This document shows, piece by piece, positions 40,701 through 45,809 of a DNA stretch of 63,918 nt. Each line of letters starts with the position of its first letter. Position 1 is the first letter of the stretch. Under the pieces are notes generated by a model that was not told the origin of the DNA, made no database searches, and saw nothing but the letters and a program-made list of their open reading frames with translations. The translations under genes and the position numbers were made by a program. The DNA comes from a virus (Duplodnaviria > Caudoviricetes), in IMG/VR virus record IMGVR_UViG_3300037722_000495, positions 1 to 63,918 of that record; one strand, given 5' to 3'.

Positions 40701-41821
40701 GACAAGTAATTTTCACTTCCAAAGTAAAATATATTTCTCCACTTGCAATTTGTAATTATAATGGTTTAGCAGGTATAACAGACATTGATCACATTAAAGT
40801 TGAAGCAATTGGTGGAACTAACTCAGCTGTAATGGAAATCAGATCATCTGTAATGTCCAATATTGATGGGAGATTAGCTGCTCAACATACACTAAAAACA
40901 GATGTAAATGGTAAGTTAGCTGGATTTGGTTTAGCTAATGATGGAACAATCTCTTCATTTGATTTTCTAGCTGATAAATTCTTCTTTTCAAAACCAGATG
41001 GTACAGGTACTAAATTATTAATGGCTATTGATGGTACTCATGGAGTAATCATTGATAATGCATTAATTAAGAATCTAACTGCAGCAAATATAGTAGCAGG
41101 TTCTATTACAGCTGACAGATTCTCTGTAGTAGATTTGTCAAGTATCACAGCAAATATGGGTGCGATAACTGCAGGTACAATATTAATGAGTAATACCTCG
41201 TCATGGGTCAAGAGTAATAATTATATAGCAAATTCTGCAGGATTTTTAATTCGTGGAGATGGTTTTTCAGAATTCCAAAATGTGAAAGTAAGAGGGGATG
41301 TCGAAGCTACCTCATTAAAAGCAAATACTCTAATGGTAAATACTGGTAACATTGTTGATCTATCTGTCAATTCATTCAAGATTGCCAATGGTGCCATCGT
41401 AGAAACTGCCTTCTTTAAGAAAACAACTAATACAACTATCAATGCAGGGTCCACTGTAAATTTGGCTACTTTATCTGGATTTGTTCAATCAGGTTACCCT
41501 ATACAGTGTTATATTGAAACCACATTTTTAGGAGCTACTGGATTAAACGGAGATAAAATTACAAATATCCGTTTTGAAATTCTTAGAAGTGGTGCAGTAA
41601 TTTATACTTTTCCTTGGTCAGATTCACATATACACACAGTTGATGCATTTGATAATGAAATAATAACTGCTGAGATGAAAGTAGTGCCTGCACATATAAT
41701 TTATGATACATCTACCATAACAGCTGATTTAGTGTTCAGAGTAACCTGTCCTTATAATGGTGATAATTGGTACGGCACTTTTGGACCTATTTCATTATTT
41801 CTTATGACACCGAGGAAATGA
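34778..41821 (+). CDS. Central tail fibre / host-specificity protein (J-like), 2347 aa
   Basis: LPV.FG, SNNPA.VLLEYL, EPGDIV hub motifs; FN3-like YYWVRGVN; TLKTDVNG..AGFGL..F.ADKF (DUF1983-like). Confidence 0.85.
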   Translation: MSMGWVAAIIAVISGIYSAVNQAKARKAAKKQKRKAEAQADAQKGFQLVVEKEVKSLPVAFGRNKLGGVRVYHKVKRNFVYSDIYGTGRKFFANHEASAINGKHYRLINLLSGTPSLELDGTGKPVVYSLTQANQLSVFYITRNEDLWIPRSYKSFDDSIISGVMKTITPNFYWIDKYPNIDTIFTSECYTETKNVKDLQGNIEELVLSDLSMRPSSLEDLNIIFPPFIPGGHNSLGASEGWIYNNYYYIQQVLSQGSLNEIIELNVDDKYYNDPSYKPGLLIHAYKDGGTPCALMTSNDVERANAKFTNMSFLTGAFKLNRDDPQFMGTPEVQAFVEGIRIRSINKINGIYSENSIQTYSNNPARVLLEYLRNSNFGMGLDETQIDYESFYNAMILCDRVILEDQPKVGKIWMNNPHVLGETNTKTRDIKIFECNLSIDTTKDFRSNIEMILGTMHEADLIWSDGKYKLQFLYPRLFEDNNYYSPGEVIQIDDEYPRLFRCITATDQSPLINPTNWLEDVVQITITDDDIQLSSEVTIDYPSADNKLNFATIRYFSEDMDFEEDTVSWPNKEPDDVNDIVYQTYFTEDNNIPSETDEFFYGCSTSIHALAYAEQLVRASRHLITYSMKVSSRIIGIEPGDIVRVNSQIFSIDNILIRISDVETEDGGVVKITGEQFDANILAYNIPFYELETPATSYINNTIKQATDLRLTEIKGENRITYRLSWAKSNDSRVSKYAIKYTTDTIENISSATVWEEYIITYNNQCNIYTLDGTFTFAVVAMTASGRQAPFEDYEYGSTWPVISANVTSYENDMDLKYADLGNKIADLLYDNILTAQEKILLLEVWITYTAQHSQIVSEANALNITLELVSYTEIFDVLNSYMPVLLSDLESNSRFEDFSFVDTDLSVKQLSGTLFRRHWSLISEYLIILKNKMSINSLIPLLPDTPYNLVVTAYFKEIGLTWEISDETNIMNYEVWRNVINDLGTARPVKITTSRFALDAPPDLFLERDFYYWVRGVNKDGQPGEFNAIEGTHCITVKDPSYILQLLQDELTESQLHSDLTSRIDLIDAPSTGLVAKTDLINQQLNNLQGEVAELSNTPSYEDTVTYEIDDLVVYEEALYRALAQTTSNLPTDLNFWIKIGDYTSLGGVVSGHSIQLNDHESRITYNEGEFEIVNGKIDGTIILIDDLEEDVSLQSQDITSIKNTINHTESGNAALYSKQNLINNTLNLNLNADQKWTDIDNKPTNFGGQNLMNPRYSTFEETDTPSVFNSNIITDFSTVGNISPKALRVYATSSYGNTKLGVNFSDYNINLPPNGKWLVSFYIKSSTTNRTMYARLLDDGGFAYGTNTFTMTTIDTWQRKSLICDCSSVIRTKFIIMFVAVSAYTYFTIDGIMIEPVIGDQIEPSPFIRPAFNINYAQYGADVTATSIAFTGLESRVENTEESINTFTQSINTLQSTINNETTGLDATYQKAVTVEGELDTLSGTVGSHTNSLTTLSNTLNLNLNEDQKWSQIFDKPTNFASGNITPSRYSDFEEDLLPPLSLFNCTAIQDNTIFYYGHNSLKLTKTGIDAYCFLSNTIIDFNVKLTPNRKWILSAFINCELTNQPIQLTIRKSDLSYPVIETLYTSAISGQWIRLHTIVDLSSSPVNAGNIKIDYDGEIGSSIWIDGVMLEPLIGDQTTPSIYVVPNLETTFSQYGADITATSDAFVELDTTVTLMDGVVVGHTNSITSLDTAINHPDTGLLKLNSEHSVRLDAIDNIETGALATLGTQVNILSADISNEETGLAAAHAEIITISNDLTTIAGSASSSAEKISQLSAIVEGNIVIFEEKFNSPGGYNSWDKFSGTTNLTLLEDSTRIGGKYLRIGNNSGNDTAWINNILRIPVRDDVIYKITIVIRRVYGSGTFFGGFTGFNESLTKTISSVDNEYPLRNVCASFYTAANSNPLSNPEWTTLVGYSRSINGPEWPEEAVGQRQVIFTSKVKYISPLAICNYNGLAGITDIDHIKVEAIGGTNSAVMEIRSSVMSNIDGRLAAQHTLKTDVNGKLAGFGLANDGTISSFDFLADKFFFSKPDGTGTKLLMAIDGTHGVIIDNALIKNLTAANIVAGSITADRFSVVDLSSITANMGAITAGTILMSNTSSWVKSNNYIANSAGFLIRGDGFSEFQNVKVRGDVEATSLKANTLMVNTGNIVDLSVNSFKIANGAIVETAFFKKTTNTTINAGSTVNLATLSGFVQSGYPIQCYIETTFLGATGLNGDKITNIRFEILRSGAVIYTFPWSDSHIHTVDAFDNEIITAEMKVVPAHIIYDTSTITADLVFRVTCPYNGDNWYGTFGPISLFLMTPRK

Positions 41822-41822
41822 T

Positions 41823-42212
41823 ATGTATATTATTACAAGATATTCAATAGACACAGGTCAAGTTATTGATTCAATTGGTAGTTCTTCATCTGTTCCAACA
41901 ATAGAAGAAGCACCCGAAATTGGGTTATATTCTGGCTTTGTGGATGGAGAGACTCATTATTTTCAATCTAACGAACCAATAAAAAGGCCAGATAATACAA
42001 GCACAATATCTGAAAATACGGTGATTGCAAATGATTTTGACATTATACAACTTTCAAACATACCAGTTCCTAGTAAGATTTACATTAATAACGATTCATA
42101 TGATGTAATTGAAGAAATTGTCGAACTTACTTTCGGAACTCCAGGTACATATAAACTTAGAATAGAAGCATTTCCTTATTTACCTTGGGAGGAAACTATA
42201 AATGCTTATTAA
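41823..42212 (+). CDS. Tail-associated protein
   Basis: Follows fibre; PGTY.LRIEAFPYL. Confidence 0.5.
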   Translation: MYIITRYSIDTGQVIDSIGSSSSVPTIEEAPEIGLYSGFVDGETHYFQSNEPIKRPDNTSTISENTVIANDFDIIQLSNIPVPSKIYINNDSYDVIEEIVELTFGTPGTYKLRIEAFPYLPWEETINAY

Positions 42213-42627
42213 AATTGCGGAGAGATCTTTAAATCAACATAAAGAACAAAAACTCAAAGAAGTTCACAGACAATATGAATTAGTAAAAAATGGGATTCAC
42301 CCAATCACTGGTGAAAAATTATCTGTAGAATGTGTGACATCTCAGGGTAACTTTATAATGAATGCAGGTGAGAATGCTGCTGTAAAAATGTCTTTAGGTG
42401 TACAATTATATGAACGTTTAGGTAAAGCTACAATGAAGAAGATAAGAGATTTCTATAATGTAGACCATTTAGATGTTCCTCTGCCTGTAGCAATTGAAAT
42501 AATGCTTCAACAAGGTACAACTGGAAATAATCATTGGGAACGTAAAGGCGAACTTGTAAGCCTAATAGAAAATTCAAATGATATCCAAGAACTCCTCAAT
42601 CTAGAAATTGACTTCTTCGGGAGTTGA
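42202..42627 (+). CDS. Tail fibre assembly-like protein (DUF4376-like)
   Basis: K..KL.E, RD..N..H and terminal I.......EL pattern; last late gene. Confidence 0.5.
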   Translation: MLIKIAERSLNQHKEQKLKEVHRQYELVKNGIHPITGEKLSVECVTSQGNFIMNAGENAAVKMSLGVQLYERLGKATMKKIRDFYNVDHLDVPLPVAIEIMLQQGTTGNNHWERKGELVSLIENSNDIQELLNLEIDFFGS

Positions 42628-42796
42628 CCCTCAAATTTCGACAACTTAGTAGCCAGACTGGACCGGAGTGCCTCGACCTGCAGCCGGTCTAAGTCCCATA
42701 CTGGAAATTTCCCTGGCTCGACAGAGTGGAAAATTAGAGAGAGTTATTAAATGAAATTTTAGGGTCATTGTTATCTCAGGAAAACTCCGAATTTCC

Positions 42797-42810
42797 CGTT
42801 AAATTAACCC
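42797..42810 (+). promoter_or_regulatory. Motif A copy 2
   Basis: CGTTAAATTAACCC; 42791-42810 is identical to 62370-62389. Confidence 0.65.
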
Positions 42811-42938
42811 ATAAGCAGGTCCCTCCGATAGTAATATAAAATGGTGATAACTGCCAGTAGTCTCTTTTTAAATTATATGTAAATATTCTTACTTAATTCT
42901 TAGTTATGATTTTTAATAATTGAAATAATTTTTAATAT

Positions 42939-42956
42939 GCCCTCTTAATTGAGGGC
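42939..42956. other. Hairpin GCCCTC-TTAATT-GAGGGC
   Basis: Inverted repeat; near-identical copy at 63251-63270. Confidence 0.6.
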
Positions 42957-42965
42957 TTTAAAATG

Positions 42966-42993
42966 CGGAAAATGAGGTATCTTATATGAAAGA
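42966..42993 (+). promoter_or_regulatory. Motif B copy 1 (CGGAAAATRARGTATCTTATATGAA), candidate phage promoter
   Basis: One of 3 near-identical intergenic copies; upstream of early small genes. Confidence 0.7.
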
Positions 42994-43043
42994 GATAATA
43001 TCGTAATAACTCTTACAACTAATCTCATATAAGGAGACTCATC

Positions 43044-43226
43044 ATGTTGGACATTATTTACATCATTCTCGACATCGTTTCTCAGGTAGCGCTTGTTGGT
43101 CTTGAAGTGTTTGATTATCTATTTATGAATTTCATTGAAGCTATTTTTTGGTTGTTAGGTTTTATTTCTATTGTGTTTTATATTGGAATGGTTGGGCTCG
43201 AACTTTTTTGTTGTATTAAAGATTAA
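43044..43226 (+). CDS. Small membrane protein
   Basis: AAGGAG RBS, hydrophobic. Confidence 0.55.
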   Translation: MLDIIYIILDIVSQVALVGLEVFDYLFMNFIEAIFWLLGFISIVFYIGMVGLELFCCIKD

Positions 43227-43260
43227 TATCAAAGACAATCATTATAATAAGGAGACTAAA

Positions 43261-43620
43261 ATGTCTGAAAAAACACTCGATATACTCACAAGAGAGATAC
43301 TGAAAGATCTTTATGAGAAAAATCTAGAAGCTCTTAAACAGTTACAAGATGCATATGAAAATGGAATAGAATTGAAGCATTGTCCTCTCTGCGAAGCAGT
43401 ATATGAATGTGGAGTATGTGTTTGGAATATGATGTTCGAACAGGGAGAAAGTCAATATGAATTGTGCAGCTCTTTCTTTTTATATCAATGTGAATTTTCT
43501 GCTTCTGTGTTTCGTGGAAATGTAATCTTACGAAATGAAACTTCTTTGGCACTTAGATTGGACCATCTTCTGGAACAAAGAAGATTTATTTTGAGAAAAA
43601 TTGAGGAGTTGGAAAAATGA
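43261..43620 (+). CDS. Hypothetical protein with CPLC..C..C motif
   Basis: AAGGAG RBS before ATG 43261 rather than the track start at 43171. Confidence 0.55.
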   Translation: MSEKTLDILTREILKDLYEKNLEALKQLQDAYENGIELKHCPLCEAVYECGVCVWNMMFEQGESQYELCSSFFLYQCEFSASVFRGNVILRNETSLALRLDHLLEQRRFILRKIEELEK

Positions 43621-43805
43621 AAGACAGACCATTGGTACTAGTGATTTTTCTGAACATTGTTGACGCAATACTGGTGAGACAAGATAATGTATCAGAACAA
43701 ATAGACGCATTCTGTACTACCTTTCATCGATATGAAAGTTTGTGTAAAGCTCTCCATTCCACAAAAAGAATTATGGATGAATCGATATTTCATTAGGAGA
43801 AGAAT

Positions 43806-43886
43806 ATGTGGACAATTGTAGGTATCATTTCAGTAGTTTGGGTTCTCAGTAAACTAGTAGTACTTGAAAACAGGTTACTTAAATAA
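43806..43886 (+). CDS. Small hydrophobic peptide (26 aa)
   Basis: AGGAG RBS; MWTIVGIISVVWVLSKLVVLENRLLK. Confidence 0.45.
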   Translation: MWTIVGIISVVWVLSKLVVLENRLLK

Positions 43887-43919
43887 ACTCAACAAAACTC
43901 TTGAAAGGAGACACTGAAA

Positions 43920-44276
43920 ATGTTCTACTTAAATGCGATCACAACGATGGGTCGGAAGATACTTTTCGGTGTCTTTGAAACGAAACAGGCAGCATTGGAT
44001 GTTGCAAGAAAAATGATCTTCGAAAGAAAAGATATTGAAGGTTTCTCAGTGACAGATACTTCACTTTTAATGAAACCTCCTTTAACTTTTTCGGAAGCAA
44101 TGGAAAAGAGTCAATGTAAAGGTCTTAATTGTGAACCTTGTCTTGATTGCACACTTTCAACTTGTTGTTCGATTAAATGTATTGGTTGTAAATTACCAGT
44201 ATATTTTGAATGTATAATCGAGGATATTCCTTATTTCTTTCAATGTCCTCATTGTGGAAAACATCAAACATCTTAA
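43920..44276 (+). CDS. Cys-rich hypothetical protein
   Basis: AAGGAG RBS; multiple CxxC. Confidence 0.55.
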   Translation: MFYLNAITTMGRKILFGVFETKQAALDVARKMIFERKDIEGFSVTDTSLLMKPPLTFSEAMEKSQCKGLNCEPCLDCTLSTCCSIKCIGCKLPVYFECIIEDIPYFFQCPHCGKHQTS

Positions 44277-44295
44277 AAATTGTTAGGAGAAAAAC

Positions 44296-44499
44296 ATGAT
44301 TGTTACCAGAACTTCACTTCTTACTAGAAAAATACATTCTATAGAAATAGATGTAGATCCTGAAAAACTTGAAGTATATGAACAAGGTGAAGGATTAGCT
44401 CAAGACATGTTTCCTAATTTAACACCCGATGAACGTGAATTTATTATAACTGGCATTACAAAGGAGGAGTGGAATGTTGCGTTTTCTAATGATGAGTAG
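44296..44499 (+). CDS. Conserved-type phage hypothetical protein
   Basis: QD.FP.LT.DEREFI.TGIT.EEW motif; AGGAG RBS. Confidence 0.6.
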   Translation: MIVTRTSLLTRKIHSIEIDVDPEKLEVYEQGEGLAQDMFPNLTPDEREFIITGITKEEWNVAFSNDE

Positions 44500-44953
44500 T
44501 TTATTGTTTTTTCTTGTAGGTTGTTCTTCAGAGGTCAAATTAGAGGAAACTTCTGAAGAACAACCTTTACAACAAGTCCAACCTTTACAAGAAAAGGTTG
44601 ATCGTTATGAATCGATTCTTAGTAAAATTTTTCCAGATTGGCATCCAGAAAAAACAGTATTTAGTAAAGATGTTACAGTAACTTGTTATACATCCAGACC
44701 TGAAGAAACAGATGATACTCCCTGGACAACAAGTAGTAATACAAATGTTAGACCAGGGATTATTGCAGTGAGTAGAGATCTTTATCCATTACTGATTGGA
44801 AAAACTGTTATCCTTGAGGGTTACGGTACTTTTAAAGTAAGAGATAAAATGAATGCCAGATATGCTAATTCTGTGGATATTTGGTGTGGTGATCTTGAAG
44901 CAGCTAAGAGGCACGGAAGAAGAGCTACGAAAATGATCTGGTTAAGTGAATAG
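44474..44953 (+). CDS. 3D-domain (MltA-like) lipoprotein
   Basis: Lipobox LVGC; T.Y.S....TD..P..T.S, IAVSRDL, V.D.M and VDIW motifs. Confidence 0.75.
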   Translation: MLRFLMMSSLLFFLVGCSSEVKLEETSEEQPLQQVQPLQEKVDRYESILSKIFPDWHPEKTVFSKDVTVTCYTSRPEETDDTPWTTSSNTNVRPGIIAVSRDLYPLLIGKTVILEGYGTFKVRDKMNARYANSVDIWCGDLEAAKRHGRRATKMIWLSE

Positions 44954-44972
44954 AAGAGTAACATGTAAAACA

Positions 44973-45000
44973 CGGAAAATAAAGTATCTTATATGAAAGA
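44973..45000 (+). promoter_or_regulatory. Motif B copy 2
   Basis: CGGAAAATAAAGTATCTTATATGAAAGA, intergenic, upstream of the genes leading to RNAP2. Confidence 0.7.
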
Positions 45001-45105
45001 TAGAAATCATATTTCAGAAAGGAGGTTAATATTTCTAAATGAATAAAGAGTAAAATCTTAACAGAATCTTAACAGAATCCTACTAGAACTCAAAAGGAGA
45101 AAACT

Positions 45106-45336
45106 ATGAAAAAACTTATTGAAACTACCCTCAATTTCACACTCGCAGTATTCGTCATTGGTCTCGGTATTATGGCATTCAAATCACCCACCTTCTTCGG
45201 TAACCTCATCATCTCCCTCGCAAACATCAAAGTATTGGCAATTGCTGCTGTAGCTTTCGGTGTTCTTTACATGTTTCTTCTTTGGCGTCATAAGAACCGT
45301 CAGGAAGAAAACAAGGAAGGAGGTCACAAATGTTAG
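45106..45336 (+). CDS. Small membrane protein (2 TM)
   Basis: AAGGAG RBS; hydrophobic segments. Confidence 0.6.
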   Translation: MKKLIETTLNFTLAVFVIGLGIMAFKSPTFFGNLIISLANIKVLAIAAVAFGVLYMFLLWRHKNRQEENKEGGHKC

Positions 45337-45521
45337 GAGTACTTTTTACCTGGGTGATCATTTTCGCGCTTATCGCATACACTGCCGACAAGATCATGCG
45401 TCTCTCGGTCTTCATGACAAGATTCTCCCAAAAACAAGAAAAAGAGAAACAAGAAAAGAATCGAGAACAGAATATTAAATCAGCAATCGTCAAACCAGGA
45501 TGTCTTTCGAATCCTAATTAA
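45330..45521 (+). CDS. Small membrane protein
   Basis: GGAGG RBS; N-terminal TM segment. Confidence 0.55.
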   Translation: MLGVLFTWVIIFALIAYTADKIMRLSVFMTRFSQKQEKEKQEKNREQNIKSAIVKPGCLSNPN

Positions 45522-45536
45522 ATAACAGGTTACTCT

Positions 45537-45662
45537 ATGGCTGCGAAGAAGGATAATTTATTAATAGAACTTTTAATAGCATCCTTAATAATTGTTCTGT
45601 TAACAAAATTAATCTTTCTCGCAGTCATCTTTCTTATCCTACTCTTATTGATTAGGATTTAA
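45537..45662 (+). CDS. Small hydrophobic peptide (41 aa)
   Basis: MAAKKDNLLIELLIASLIIVLLTKLIFLAVIFLILLLLIRI; weak RBS. Confidence 0.35.
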   Translation: MAAKKDNLLIELLIASLIIVLLTKLIFLAVIFLILLLLIRI

Positions 45663-45664
45663 TC

Positions 45665-45748
45665 ATGTGGTACATAATCTTGTTTATAATCGTAGTAATA
45701 ATTTTTTTCATCGGATTTATCGCAGAATTTATAGATAGATTAAAATAA
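45665..45748 (+). CDS. Small hydrophobic peptide (27 aa)
   Basis: AGGA RBS; MWYIILFIIVVIIFFIGFIAEFIDRLK. Confidence 0.4.
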   Translation: MWYIILFIIVVIIFFIGFIAEFIDRLK

Positions 45749-45800
45749 CCCAGGGGGACCCTAAATCAGTTCCCCCTGGGTTCACCTTCTTTTTTTTTTT
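45747..45800 (+). terminator. Strong hairpin with T11 tract just upstream of RNAP2
   Basis: AACCCAGGGGGA/TCCCCCTGGGTT 12-bp stem, then CACCTTC and T11. Confidence 0.6.
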
Positions 45801-45809
45801 GGAGTATGA

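Noticed and set aside
34778-42627. Diversity-generating retroelement or invertible fibre cassette
   Set aside because: No reverse transcriptase or invertase, and no template/variable repeat pair noticed
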